Below, one piece after another: positions 46,655 through 60,476 of a stretch of DNA of 64,000 nucleotides. The notes below the pieces were generated by a model. It had not been told where the DNA came from, did no database searches, and saw only the letters and a program-made list of their open reading frames with translations. A program made the position numbers and the translations under genes. Each line of letters opens with the position of its first letter. Positions within the stretch are counted from its first letter, which is position 1. This DNA comes from Antedon mediterranea (lineage: Eukaryota > Animalia > Echinodermata). The stretch lies in assembly GCF_964355755.1 (NCBI RefSeq), contig NC_092673.1:36019648-36083647 (forward strand), read 5' to 3'.

Positions 46655-49474
46655 AATTTACTTAGATTTGGGTTACTAAGTATGAAGTACCCTAACAAGT
46701 ATGAAATGCTGCTTTAGAGTGACTTACGGTAATCATTTCAAAGCATTTTATTATTTCAATGTTTTTCATAATTAATTTTAAGAAAAAGTTTAGTGATAAG
46801 GGACCAATAGAGGGCAGTAGTCTAATAGTCTAGGGACATCAATGCAAGGTAATAATTAAAGTAACTCTAAAAATGTTTTATAATAAATAAAGCAAGTTCT
46901 CTGTCTCCTTAATAAGATTATCATTGTTCTCATTAACATAGAGATTCTTTCCATATTTTTAAAATTGTTCGTAGTTTAGTGCTCTAATAATAATACATTA
47001 CTGCCATCTTTTAGTGTCCACATTTTTATTTCAACTTACACATTATGTAATAAAAGAACTTTACTGTAGACAAATTAGATAATTTTATCTTGAACATATG
47101 AACTTTTCAATCTAGCTTTTTGTTAAAAAAGAATTACCAAAATTGAACGCTGTGAAAGAGTGTTAATATGCTGCATTGTTAGGCATTACTGCTGTATGTT
47201 ATCTGCAAGTTAGCATAAACTCATATGGGAACTTTATCACAGGAAGCCGCATGTTGTAACATATTATATACAGGTAGAAGGTTATCTAAAGTAAGTAATG
47301 TTGCTTTTAAACCAGGTATGAACAACTTATATTTAGCCAAGTCTTTCACTTTTGGTAGCAAGAGTGTTAAAGTTGGAAAGTTTGGCCCATCTATTGTTCA
47401 AGTCCAATTATAGCAGCTTTGTTGTACTTGTTTTTATTCATTAAATAATTTTTATTTTTTTATTAGGGAATGTTTTTTTATTTATTTGATTTGGTACAAA
47501 CTAACTTTCAAATATGAATGGTTTGGTGAGAACTATGAGTTGCAAGTGCTCATAAAATAATGTAATCACGATTGCCACAAACCCCAAAATACAGTATAAA
47601 ATTAACTAGATAAATACAAAGATAGTATTCATTTTTTTAGAGTTTTAATTTTGTATTTTTTTTTACTGTAGACAACAATGTGGGAATTCCAAATTAGATT
47701 AGCAAGGTCAGAATTGTAGTCTTTATGGAATTGAGCGTCTTGTTCTAAATAATTTGAACCCGAGATCTGCAGTCGAAAGTGACTCTCAATTTCCAGTCGA
47801 GTTCCTCATTTTTAACTGAACTAAAGTCTCTGTATTTTTAATTTTCAATCAGTTCTGAGGAAACAATATGAGAATGCAGGCTGATATCTACAAGGTGAAA
47901 GTTGCAGTTATTGTACAAGAGCTGAAAATAAAACTAGCAAACCAATTGGGTTATTAATTAACAAAAAGTACTAGCAATGCTGCCTGCCTGTGAATAGTAG
48001 ATAAAGCAGTTCTGTCTGTAGACAATAGATAAAATGGGTGTCAACGTAATCAGGTCAAAGCTTTCATTTGAACATTACCTGTTTTCAGTTTTCCTTACAT
48101 TTATTTTCAGTTTATAGTTGATTCTTATTGCATTTTGTATGTGAATTTTTATGTTGCGGAATGACACTGTTTTCTTTCAGTGACACGGCAAAACCCCAAG
48201 TAAGATCAGTGGATTATAATGAGCAGAATTGGATTCGAACTGATGCCATTGAGATACAAAGCTTGAATTGCACCTTACTTTTGTCTGCATTTTCAACCCA
48301 CTCTAAATTGTCTTGTAGGATTACATTATCTTTTTATGAGTGAAGGTAGTCCCAAACTCGGTAATGTGGGAAAATTTCAGCATGTTACAAAATATGGTAA
48401 AGCAAGAAAATTGAGCCATGGCAATCTAAAGTTCACATCCATATTCCCCTGGTATTATTATTATTATTAGCTGTCAAAACCTAAAATTTGAAATCCTAAT
48501 TAGCATTTAATAATTGTAACAATAGTGTATGTGTCAAGTGTTATTTCCTGACCTCAATTCAACCTCTCAACTAAGCCTATTGTCTTTCTAAAATAAACTT
48601 TTACACCTTTTTCTTTTAACTACATACAACAGTCCTTAACTTAATGTCTGATAACTCCTTGGTGAGAGACAATTAGGACTACACCCGCACATTTAAAAAT
48701 CCTTTTTTTAAACCAAGAATTTCTATAATTTAAATGCTACTGTTAACCTTTATTTTCCTACAAAATCTTACCTTTTACTTGCAATAGTATCTTTTCTTCC
48801 TAACATCTGTCAGAAATAATCTAAGCTGTGCAATTTTCTATATTAATGTTTGAGGATGTTGGTATATTACCAAATCTACCAGACCTCATTTTTAAGACAT
48901 ACCATTTATTGAAGACTTGAAGATTTGTTGATAATAAAGAAGTACTGTATAAACAAAATAAACACTGTCTAATTATAAAGTATGATAATTTAGTTTTTTT
49001 AAGTCTGCTTTTAAAAAAAATATTGAAAACGAGTTATTGTGGAATATGTATTTGTGAATATATAACTGGTTATTGTAATGGTTCTCCCCAATGTGAAATG
49101 GAATAGTCCAACTTCACTTTTTTTGCCAATTTTTTAATACCTGTTATGAGTTTTCTTTTTTTCTATGCAAATAAAAACAATACCTAGGGGTAATTCCCCC
49201 CACATTGTGACAATCCTATGATGTTTACTTTATGGTCCGCCTAAACAAGACAAAGTCAATAGAGAGTTACATGATTCAATGGTTTGGTATAATAAAGCTC
49301 ATTGCAACAAAAGCATTGCTTGAAGTTAAACTTGAAAACCACAAGTTAGACTACATTGCTGTACCAGCTAATCATATAGTACAAGCAACCATGGAGGAAA
49401 TTCCTCCATGATATAAGCAACTGTACTTTTACTTTAATTAGTTGACAAAACTAAAATGTGATTCTTGATAATGC

Positions 49475-49732
49475 TATATATATATATATATAAAGCAGCA
49501 CTTGCCAGCTTTATACTCTGACGTTATCCAAATTCCTTCACTTGCACTGATGAAGGGCTAGTGTTGCCCGAAAGCTCTGCTAACTTTTCTGGCTGTTTAC
49601 TTTATCGTTTTGATTTAGCTTTTCGCTTTTTATTTTTGTATCTCCATTGAGATCCAGCCACTGATACCCACAGCATTGTCATTTTTTTCAGTAATTTGCC
49701 TTTGGATTTATATATATATATATATATATATA
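49475..49732 (+). mobile_element. Penelope-like element pLTR fragment inserted in (TA)n
   Basis: About 215-bp insert between (TA)n runs, containing a minimal hammerhead motif followed by a T-rich tract. Confidence 0.65.
49544..49580 (+). ncRNA. Minimal type I hammerhead ribozyme motif
   Basis: GCA-CTGATGA-A-GGGC(TAGTGTT)GCCC-GAAA-GCTC-TGC: conserved core, 4-bp stem II, palindromic AGCT stem III, GCA/TGC stem I. Confidence 0.7.
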
Positions 49733-51319
49733 GTATGTTGTTTTGTCTATATATATATATATAGTATGTTGTTTTGTCTAGAATAGGAATTCCTTTGCTA
49801 TTTTGATCTACTGTATAAATGTATACATTTTTTTTTTTGTAGAAACAATGTATTGTAGCTTTAATTAAAATTGATTGGTTGGTGAATTAGTCACTAGTGC
49901 CGCATATTTTAGAAACATTTAAAAAAATTAAAAAATACATTACGGTAACATATTATTACAGAATCAAAGCAACTTTTAGCTTTTAAATTCTTTTGTAATC
50001 TGTTAATCCAGCCCTCTACTATTTATTCTATATTTTACATTATTTATGAATTTTAATTTATTGCCATTTAAATTGTGTTTTAAATTTACAGAACAAACCA
50101 GCAAGTTGATTATTAAAGAAACTAATGAAAGTGAAATTATTAAAAGACATTTTAAACCTGTGTTATTATTTCGTAAGCACACTTTTCACTTTTTCTAACA
50201 TTAACTTTTATCAAATGTCTTTTAGTACCTCCAGCATATATTTTCATTAAAACCAGAATGGAGATATCTGATTAGTGTAGGCCTACCCATAACTATAGTC
50301 TAAAAATTGTGTTTATTAAAATGCTCAGCCCTACTTAGTTTAGCGCCCTCTACAGTTTATAATATGAAACTTGTTTCTGTGGCTTCATATCATTGAGTAT
50401 CATACTGAAGTTTCTTGTATATCTGAATAGGACCCGGATAGAACGCCCACTTTCTTCCTTTACCACTCCATTAGCCTAAATATTATTTGTTCCTTTTTGA
50501 TGTATAAAGTAAACAACAGAATCTTTTGTTTTACCTTTAACAAAATAATGCAGTTTCGTTTACAAATAAATCTCATAATAATGATTTTAGACTTAATTTT
50601 GCCCTTACTTAGTCTTTTGAGGATGTTAAATTTGTGTTCCAGTGGCTCACATAATTGACCTTTCCTTGTCTTTTTTCGTAAAGCCAACGTTACGTCCTTG
50701 CGCTGCGTCGAAGGCTGTGATGCCTGCCGTAGTGCTTACGTGCAGAATGCACATGTTTTTCTATGATTGATGTATGGAAACCAATGCAATAATGTAATCA
50801 GAGGAAAGTTTTCTCTTCCGATTTAATAATAGGAAGCAGATAAATACTTTCATATAGCAAGGGTCACCATTGTAATATTAAGATTAATCGAGCAGAGGGT
50901 CTAATGACGTCAGTCGGCCATTTCTCAGGCTTAATCTTTATTTCACAAGATATGAAACAAAAAAATATGTCTGAATATTGATATTCCAAATAATAGGTTA
51001 CAACGTGTATTGCAAGATACTGTGATGATTCCAATCCAATGCTCTGTGTGTTGAAAAGTTAACTTAACGTACACTTTCAACTACTTGTTGGTATCGTTAT
51101 GGGCAGCGAGTGACCTACACTGCTCTCGAAAAACATTTTGTCTAAATCGCCAACCGCTGACCACAAATATATAGTAAAAAGGTTTTTTCACACGAATATT
51201 CAGTTCAACTTGCTTGAAAATTAACTCTTGCCGTTTTCTGAACCCATACTCATGCAGGATGTGTTTCGGAAAGTACTTTGACCTTCGTGCAATTTACTTG
51301 CTAATGTCTGACAATGACT

Positions 51320-52007
51320 ATAAGAAGACCACCATACCACTGGTAGCACATTGCTCCATAGTTCATTAACACGACTAGTTCTCATGATGCTTTATATATG
51401 GAAATGATCAGCATTTGGCAACTGTCATAAGAAGACCACCATACCACTGGTAGCACATTGCTCCATAGTTCATTAACACGACTAGTTCTCATGATGCTTT
51501 ATATGGAAATGATCAGCATTTGGCAACTGTCATAAGAAGACCACCATACCACTGGTAGCACATTGCTCCATAGTTCATTAACACGACTAGTTCTCATGAT
51601 GCTTTATATGGAAATGATCAGCATTTGGCAACTGTCATAAGAAGACCACCATACCACTGGTAGCACATTGCTCCATAGTTCATTAACACGACTAGTTCTC
51701 ATGATGCTTTATATGGAAATGATCAGCATTTGGCAACTGTCATAAGAAGACCACCATACCACTGGTAGCACATTGCTCCATAGTTTCATTAACACGACTA
51801 GTTCTATGATGCTTTATATGGAAATGATCAGCATTTGGCAACTGTCATAAGAAGACCACCATACCACTGGTAGCACATTGCTCCATAGTTCATTAACGAG
51901 ACTAGTTCTCATGATGCTTTATATGGAAATGATCAGCATTTGGCAACTGTCATAAGAAGACCACCATACCACTGGTAGCACATTGCTCCATAGTTCATTA
52001 ACACGAC
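51320..52007. repeat. About 91-bp tandem array, about 7.5 copies
   Basis: ATAAGAAGACCACCATACCACTGGTAGCACATTGCTCC... repeated. Confidence 0.95.
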
Positions 52008-52610
52008 TCTGTACTTTTGGTTTAACAAAATATAATGTATTAATTTATAATATTAATGCCGTCCGGTGTTCAACGCATTTTTTTGTTGTCAGATATTGAA
52101 CACACAACGCCGTCCTAACACTTATATACTTAACATTTAAATAAATATTATTATGTTAATAAGTGCTGTACACAATCACAACCAATATTGTATCAAGAAT
52201 TTCAGTGCATAAGCTACTGCTAGATTGCGTTACAAGTTGCCATTGGTAACGCTATTCGTCCCGAAAGATGTGAGGCCTATACTTGTTTTTGTGTACAAAT
52301 GAGGGAATTATGTTGGCCTAATGTATCTTGGTTTATGTAATTATTCGAGAATTTTTGTTTATTATTTTATTTTATTATCACCCTCAGTGACTATACGTCA
52401 CGATTAAATTATATACATTATATATATTATATACATAAAATATAATATAATGTACAAGCAAAAATCAACAAATAACAAGACAACATTTAGATTTTAGTGA
52501 CATTAGACAAAAAGACGGAAACATGCAAGCGAATAAAAGAAATATCAACAGAACCATCAACTTTACACAACAGTCAGTGGTGGTATAACTTAGGCAGACG
52601 ATTAACAACT

Positions 52611-53250
52611 TTGGTACCAACGACTATATAGTATTTTGGTTTATGTAGGCTACTTATTCGCGAAGACTCACGGTACCAAAGACATATATAGCATATTGAT
52701 GTATGTACTTATTCGCGAAGACTTACGGTACCAAAGACATATATAGCATATTGGTTTATGTACTTATTCGTTCGCGAAGACTCACGGTACCAAAGACATA
52801 TATAGCATATTGATGTATGTACTTATTCGCGAAGACTTACGGTACCAAAGACATATATAGCATATTGATGTATGTACTTATTCATGAAAACTAACGGTAC
52901 CAAAGACATATATAGCATATTGATGTATGTACTTATTCTCGAAGACTTACGGTACCAAAGACATATAGCATATTGGTTTATGTACTTATTCGCGAAGACT
53001 CACGGTACCAAAGACATATATAGCATATTGGTTTATGTACTTATTCGTTCGCGAAGGCTCACGGTACCAAAGACATATATAGCATATTGATGTGATGTAT
53101 GTACTTTTATTCGCGAAGACTAACGGTACCAAAGACATATATTGCATATTGATGTATGTACTTATTCGCGAAGACTTGCGTACCAAGGACATATATAGCA
53201 TATTGATGTATGTACTTATTCGCGAAGACTTACGTACCAAAGACATATCA
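52611..53250. repeat. About 51-bp tandem array, about 12 variant copies
   Basis: CGGTACCAAAGACATATATAGCATATTGATGTATGTACTTATTCGCGAAGACT with alternating variants. Confidence 0.93.
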
Positions 53251-54232
53251 TATTGCCCATGGAGGCAACCACCAATACGAAGTGTCATTCAATCGCTACG
53301 ATCATTATTTCAGTTCAGTCGTGTTCCTTCATCATGATCGTGGGAATTAGGATAAAACATGTCATAATCAATATCATTTGTCATTATATCATTAGATTTA
53401 ATTTGTTTTAATTACAATTGTGTGAATTACCTGTTTCAGTATTTCCCAGACTACAACAATACATGTAGATGAGTTGATAGATACATTGCTTGTTACATTA
53501 TAGAATTTTCTCACCTAACCGTCGATAAAATCGATGCCTATAAAATCGCCTACTAAAATATCTTCCTAAAGAGAATCTTACAAGGCATAAAAGGAGGTCA
53601 TTAAAAACAAATACAAAGTTTAAAAGAAACTATTCCATTTTATTTTATTTTTAATTGAATGAATTATTATTAATAAATAATAATTTAATAATTATAATTT
53701 GTCACTATTAGGCTGTTATAGTAGGCTAATTATTCGGATTTGAATAACGCTTGGATCGTTTAATCGCTTGATCGATTAGTTTGACGCCGATGAGTGACTT
53801 TCACTTCGTGCTCATGATCATTACAGTAGTCAGGTGGGGGCAGTCGACCAAAATAACATGCTGGGAAAGCTAAGTCAACTCAGTTACCATCCCCTATGAA
53901 GACAATTCGTCACCCATGTTACAGATTCTGTCTTGACGGTGATTGTCCGTTGGTTTTACATGCCTCATCGCTCTTTGTTGTATAGTGACGACACTAACAG
54001 CGTATTTGAACGCTTTCACACGCGTTCGACACGCGGCGGCAAACTCATCATCAATGAGATCAAGTCTTGCTCACTGAACAGTGTATTGTTCATAGAAACT
54101 TGTTGGTTTGTAAAACAATGGCAAATACACTGGATTTATGGGTCGATAAACTTGATTTGTCCAACGATTAGTAAAACTACCCTTAATTGCCCTTTTATTT
54201 TTATCAGACTACATTAATATCATTGTATATTA

Positions 54233-54801
54233 CTAGATGGTACGCTCGCTTCGCTCGCGTACCATCTAGTTCGTGCCCACAGATGGTTCTCGAATACATA
54301 GTAATTTCAGCGTAAAAAAACTGGCGATTTCAAATGTACGTACGGCAGGACTATTAATACATTGTCGTTTACAGAAACAAATAGACACAATGATTTATGT
54401 AGTCAACCAAAATTAGCACCTAGAAACTTGTCACAAAATGAGTCGAAATTTGTTATTTGGACTCATTTAAACAAACCAAATTTTGTTAAATTATTCTTTA
54501 TATTTCTTTATTATCCAATCAGTAACGAAATATTTTTTTTATATAGACCTATAAATAATATACCACTAAATAGAGTAAAACATTTCCGATTTAATACTTT
54601 ATTAAAACTGTCACTGTCTCATGGTCGATTGAAATAGTATAAAGTACATTTAAAGACCACTAATACGTTTATATTTTTGTAATTATTAATTAATACAAAC
54701 GTTGAGAAACAACTGACAGTAATAAAGTATATATTATTATGTGTTTATAATCTAAAAGTAGGGGCTACCCACACTCACAGTGATAACGTTTATTAGTATA
54801 T
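54233..54801 (-). mobile_element. Non-autonomous Helitron-like element
   Basis: Minus strand ends in CTAG with a strong hairpin (ACTAGATGGTACGC...GCGTACCATCTAGT); other end TATACTAATAA resembles animal Helitron 5' ends; far boundary tentative. Confidence 0.5.
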
Positions 54802-55507
54802 TTGTTTATATTATATCTAACAGTACCAACACAAGTGTTGTTTTGATTCAAATGGCGATCAAAAGTGGTTAATACCTATTTGCAGTATTGTATAGCATTA
54901 CAATCTATTTCTGTTTATTCTCCAAGGGTCTATAAATTTACCTACTTGTGTTAAACCATGGAGGTATGCAATAATTTGGAATGTTCCATTCATTGCAAAT
55001 CAATACATTTCTATAAACGTATATTAAATCTATCAAAATAGTATTTTTTAAAGAAAATCGGCCTGTCTTCAACATTATGATGCTGTACTCGAGCTGTTCA
55101 ACCGGTTTTCAGTCATTAAAAACAGTTATCGTAGGAGGAGATAGGAAAATGCGAAGCATCCTCGTATTATTGTATGCGGGTATTTTTCACGATGGACATG
55201 TATTAGACAGTGTATACCACGATCGGAAAACACCCCTATTTAGGGCAAATCGTTGAACCTAAATTCCTTTTAATTGTCAATAACTAATTATCTGACTCAA
55301 TTTAATTAGTAAACAGGGTTACATCAGGTGGTTAAAATCAGTACCGAAAGTACGAACCAACTTTATATACCATCGAGTAAACATTCTAGAAGTAACGCGC
55401 GATTTACCGAATTTTGCCCTTACGTAAATTTATATATAGATGAAAGAAAGTTACATTAAATTGGGTTTTTATATGCGCGCCTAACATATTCAGGCAAACC
55501 CATTGCC

Positions 55508-55673
55508 GATGATGTTACGACCAGAGGGGAGAAAAACACCGTAAACCCCGCTGCAGATAACTTTACGACCAGAGGAGAGAAACGACACCGTAAAACCCGA
55601 TGACGTTACGACTAGAGGAGAGAAAAGACACCGCTGCCGATGACGTTACGACCAGAGGGGAGAAAAGACACCG
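55508..55673. repeat. Degenerate repeat, about 4 copies
   Basis: GTTACGACCAGAGG.GAGAAA..ACACCG recurs. Confidence 0.8.
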
Positions 55674-56655
55674 TTGACAAATTGGAAAGTTATGCAATTG
55701 ATTTCTCAACTTTAAAGTTATTGATATGAAATAAACCACCTTAAACAAATACAATCATCGCTCATGAGTTGACCTTATAGTTGGTTAGCTGTTGATGCGA
55801 CGATACACGTTTAATAACCGATTTGCATCCATATTATTTAAAATTACAATTCAAATATATCCCTCACTTCACGAGTGTATTCGTTTATTTAGTACGCACG
55901 CCTGAATCCAAAGTAAATATTGATAAAATAGCATATAATATTATGGGAGCAAAATGTTTCCAAATTATTCATTATTTCTAGATTCACACCTGTTGTCAAC
56001 CAATTCCAACAAATCGCGAGAAGAATTACCAATTATATCTGTATCGATTTTGATATGATTAATGACGTATGATATAGCCACATGCATATTGTGTACGTCT
56101 ATTACAGATTGATCAACGGTTTTTTAACGCCACACTATGGTGAGCAAACTTCACACTCGAAATGATCGGATCAGTACTGTGCGAGGGAGACCTCTTATAC
56201 TGTAATTCCCATAAGTGAAGAGCATGGGAACTATTGAGCCTGGTCGATTCATTAGCGCCGTCAATGCCGGATTGATCGAACTTTAATAATACACTAATTC
56301 CTTCATGATAACTGACGAAGAATCAGCTTTCAATCAAAGCTAATGAAGCAAACATTATTTATGATATAAATTTAGATTTAGAACGATAATCTTCCACAGT
56401 ATTATTTAAAAAATTAAAAAGCTAACCCAGCTGAAGTTGGTAACGTATGCATGATGTATATGGTGAGACCAACAAGTATAGTATCGTATTTCATTCATTC
56501 ATCTTTTTATTTCGGAATGATGACATATATCCATAGCAAAAAAAGAAGCTTAATCTAAGATATCATTGTACAGATTTTAATCAAAGCTAATGAAGCAAAC
56601 ATTATTTATGATATAAATTTAGATTTATCACGATAATCCTCCGAAGTATTGTTAA

Positions 56656-56967
56656 AGATGTATGTCCACCAAAAACATAAAAAATGAAGATTAATTAAAT
56701 TAGACTTCGAATAGGTTATTTTGTAGTTTTAATAAAGTTAATCACTTTAGTAGAAAAAGGGGAAAAACAATGTTTTCACTTACAAAATGACAAAATAAAT
56801 TGTTAAATTCAACCAAAAACCCATTGGCCGACACTATTATTTGCTTTAAATTACTGTTAATTTTTTTTTTTTCGATCCAATTTGTGGTCAAAGTGAATAA
56901 CTATTATGTGACATTATAAATGGCATATTCAACAAAAAATTATTTTTTTCAGGGGGACAATATATCT
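56656..56967. mobile_element. Kolobok-like MITE
   Basis: TTAA on both sides; imperfect TIRs AGATGTATGTCC / GGACAATATATCT; interrupts one copy of an older duplication (compare 56326-56490). Confidence 0.7.
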
Positions 56968-56975
56968 TTAAAATA

Positions 56976-57901
56976 ATTTAAATGCTAACCCTGCTGAAGA
57001 TGGTACGGTATGTAACAAGTATATGGCGTAGACCAACAGGAAAGTATCGTATTTAAATGCTAACCCTGCTGAAGATGGTATGTAACAAGTATATGGCGTA
57101 GACCAACAGGAAAGTATCGTATTTAAATGCTAACCCTGCTGAAGATGGTACGGTATGTAACAAGTATATGGCGTAGACCAACAGGAAAGTATCGTATTTA
57201 AATGCTAACCCTGCTGAAGATGGTATGTAACAAGTATATGGCGTAGACCAACAGGAAAGTATCGTATTTAAATGGTAACCCTGCTGAAGATGGTATGTAA
57301 CAAGTATATGGCGTAGACCAACAGGAAAGTATCGTATTTAAATGCTAACCCTGCTGAAGATGGTATGTAACAAGTATATGGCGTAGACCAACAGGAAAGT
57401 ATCGTATTTAAATGGTAACCCTGCTGAAGATGGTATGTAACAAGTATATGGCGTAGACCAACAGGAAAGTATCGTATTTAAATGCTAACCCTGCTGAAGA
57501 TGGTATGTAACAAGTATATGGCGTAGACCAACAGGAAAGTATCGTATTTAAATGGTAACCCTGCTGAAGATGGTATGTAACAAGTATATGGCGTAGACCA
57601 ACAGGAAAGTATCGTATTTAAATGCTAACCCTGCTGAAGATGGTATGTAACAAGTATATGGCGTAGACCAACAGGAAAGTATCGTATTTAAATGCTAACC
57701 CTGCTGAAGATGGTATGTAACAAGTATATGGCGTAGACCAACAGGAAAGTATCGTATTTAAATGCTAACCCTGCTGAAGATGGTATGTAACAAGTATATG
57801 GCGTAGACCAACAGGAAAGTATCGTATTTAAATGCTAACCCTGCTGAAGATGGTATGTAACAAGTATATGGCGTAGACCAACAGGAAAGTATCGTATTTA
57901 A
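56976..57901. repeat. 70-bp tandem array, about 13 copies
   Basis: AATGCTAACCCTGCTGAAGATGGTATGTAACAAGTATATGGCGTAGACCAACAGGAAAGTATCGTATTTA. Confidence 0.96.
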
Positions 57902-59316
57902 GGTGATGATTTAAAAAAGACATTTTAAATTTATACAATTTAGATGTTTTATCTTCGGATTTGTTTTCCAAAAAAGGGTGAAGTGCACCTACATATTAAT
58001 TGCTAGAACGCGGTATTTTGACAACGTTTTTTTTTAAAGCATTTTGTAGACACGACCAAGACACAATAATAGGTGATTGATACTACAAAACGTTCCTTAA
58101 TTAACGAACATTACATGCATTGTTATGACATAATTAGATTTGTAAAGATAAAAAGCGGGTTTCATTAAATCGGTTCATGTGCATTCTTTAACAATGCATT
58201 GCGTACTGCTGTAGGCCTATTCTATGAGAAACAATAAAATGTCTTTATACTTGATAATAATTGTATTGTAGGGGTGTTAATCTAGTAATTCAATCACAAA
58301 ATGGTCACTTTTCCAAATGGCAGTATTTAATTAGGGGTGTATTACTTCTTTAAAATTGGGTTATACAGGAATTAATGCTTGGCACTCTTTTTTCTCCAAT
58401 TCCAAATGGTTTTTTTTGTACTATATGAGTTCTTAGATAAAGATTTTTGTTTTGTTTTTTCTATGGATATATTATGTTATCACGGTATTCCGAAATATGA
58501 ATAAAATATAACCCAAATGGCAAATATTCATTCATTTTATACATATTCATCCATATACAAATCATACAAAACAAAAAGAGAACAAAAAATCTCTGATACA
58601 CTGCCTTTAATTAGCATTTTAATAATATTTTTACAATTTAAACAATACATTTTACATTCAGCCGGATCATCGATTAAAATGTTCACTTTTTAGAAAGAAC
58701 ATTTGCAGTATATTTTTTCGTCATTAAGTATACGGGTAGCCAACAACTTACGAATGTTTCAAAAGCATTAAATCACAAACACGATACAAAGCAAATTATT
58801 ATAAAATGTAAATCAAATTGTTTAATCTGGTTTCCTTGATGTTTATACGATGAATTTATATTTTATTTTTTAGATATTACAAATTTATGCCTTGTGTGAG
58901 AAATCTTTTCGCTCTATATTAAGTTAAGTCTGCCCTTTTTTTTTCACAATAATTTTTACACTTTTTTTAATTTGTTAAAACCATTTTGATATTTCTTTTT
59001 GATTCGTGTGAATCTTTAGTCATATGTGTTTTACCTTGCTGTACAGTTTTTTATGTTTCTCCTAAGGGAGGTAAATCAATTTAAATTTTTAGGTCTGGAT
59101 AGTCAAACTTACGATTACTGAAAACCCCCAATCATATTATATTCCAAATCTTTCCACTTTTATACACCGGATACTTGAAGTATATAAACTGGCAGTGTAT
59201 TCTAAAATTCTTAATTTAATGTTTATATAATAAGAGCAATTGTAATTATATTTATAGATCTTTCATGGCATTTAAACGCAGTTTATGAAACCAACTTCCG
59301 AATAGTGAAAAAAAAA

Positions 59317-59978
59317 ACAACCATAACATTATATTCCAAATCTTTGCACTTAATACATCAGATACTTGGAGTATATAAACTGGCAGTGTATTCTAAAACC
59401 CAACCATAACATTATATTCCAAATCTTTGCACTTAATACATCAGATACTAGAAGTATATAAACTGGCAGTGTATTCTAAAACCCAACCATAACATTATAT
59501 TCAAAATCTTTGCACTTAATACATCAGATACTTGAAGTATATAAACTGGCAGTGTATTCTAAAACCCAACCATAACATTATATTCCAAATCTTTGCACAT
59601 TAATACATCAGATACTTGGAGTATAACTGGCAGTGTATTCTAAAACCCAACCATAACATTATATTCCAAATCTTTGCACTTAATACATCAGATACTTGGA
59701 GTATATAAACTGGCAGTGTATTCTAAAACCCAACCATAACATTATATTCCAAATCTTTGCACATTAATACATCAGATACTTAGAGTATAACTGGCAGTGT
59801 ATTCTAAAACCCAACCATAACATTATATTCCAAATCTTTGCACTTAATACATCAGATACTTGGAGTATATAAACTGGCAGTGTATTCTAAAACCCAACCA
59901 TAACATTATATTCCAAATCTTTGCACTTAATACATCAGATACTTGGAGTATAACTGGCAGCCAAACGAGTATTCTAAA
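59317..59978. repeat. About 83-bp tandem array, about 8 copies; diverged precursor copy at ~59125-59210
   Basis: CAACCATAACATTATATTCCAAATCTTTGCAC...GTATTCTAAAACC repeated. Confidence 0.94.
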
Positions 59979-60299
59979 ATAAAAATTAAAACTTCTTAAT
60001 TTTAAATTTATATAGTAAGAGCAATTGTAAATTATATTTATTTAAGATAATTTTATGAAACAATTTTACGTTTAATTTTCCACCAAGTACAGAGTGTAAT
60101 TATAATGGCGGTTTCATTGGTTTTTGTTATATTGATACTTGTGTCTATTGTGTTGTTGTGATTCGTTAATTGGTTCAAACGTGCCTATCAATTCACGCTA
60201 ACTAATGGGCGTGAATGATCATCGAATTAACAAGTTGCAAACACAATCAAAAGCACTTCTTTGAAGTCCACCTACTCCTTTATTTTGCATAATTACTCA

Positions 60300-60400
60300 G
60301 ATACAATTGTTCCGATTGGTTCGTGCTATAAAGTACGCCCCGATTTAACCAATGAGAATCGCTGACAAGTTAAAGAGAGCGTATATAATTGTGAAAGTTT
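60300..60400 (+). promoter_or_regulatory. Core promoter of the Not gene (two CCAAT boxes, TATA)
   Basis: ATTGG at ~60315, CCAAT at ~60349 and TATATAA at ~60382, about 95 nt upstream of the ATG. Confidence 0.55.
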
Positions 60401-60476
60401 CATCAACAAGTACACTTGATTTCTCTCTGCGTTTACTGAACAACGTCTATTAGAAACTTACATTAGTATTTTAAAA

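Noticed and set aside
56976-57901. CTGAAGA...GAAA in the 70-bp unit as a tandem hammerhead or retrozyme
   Set aside because: Four extra nucleotides separate stem II from GAAA, there is no stem I/III pairing, and the precursor copy at ~56430 lacks the core.
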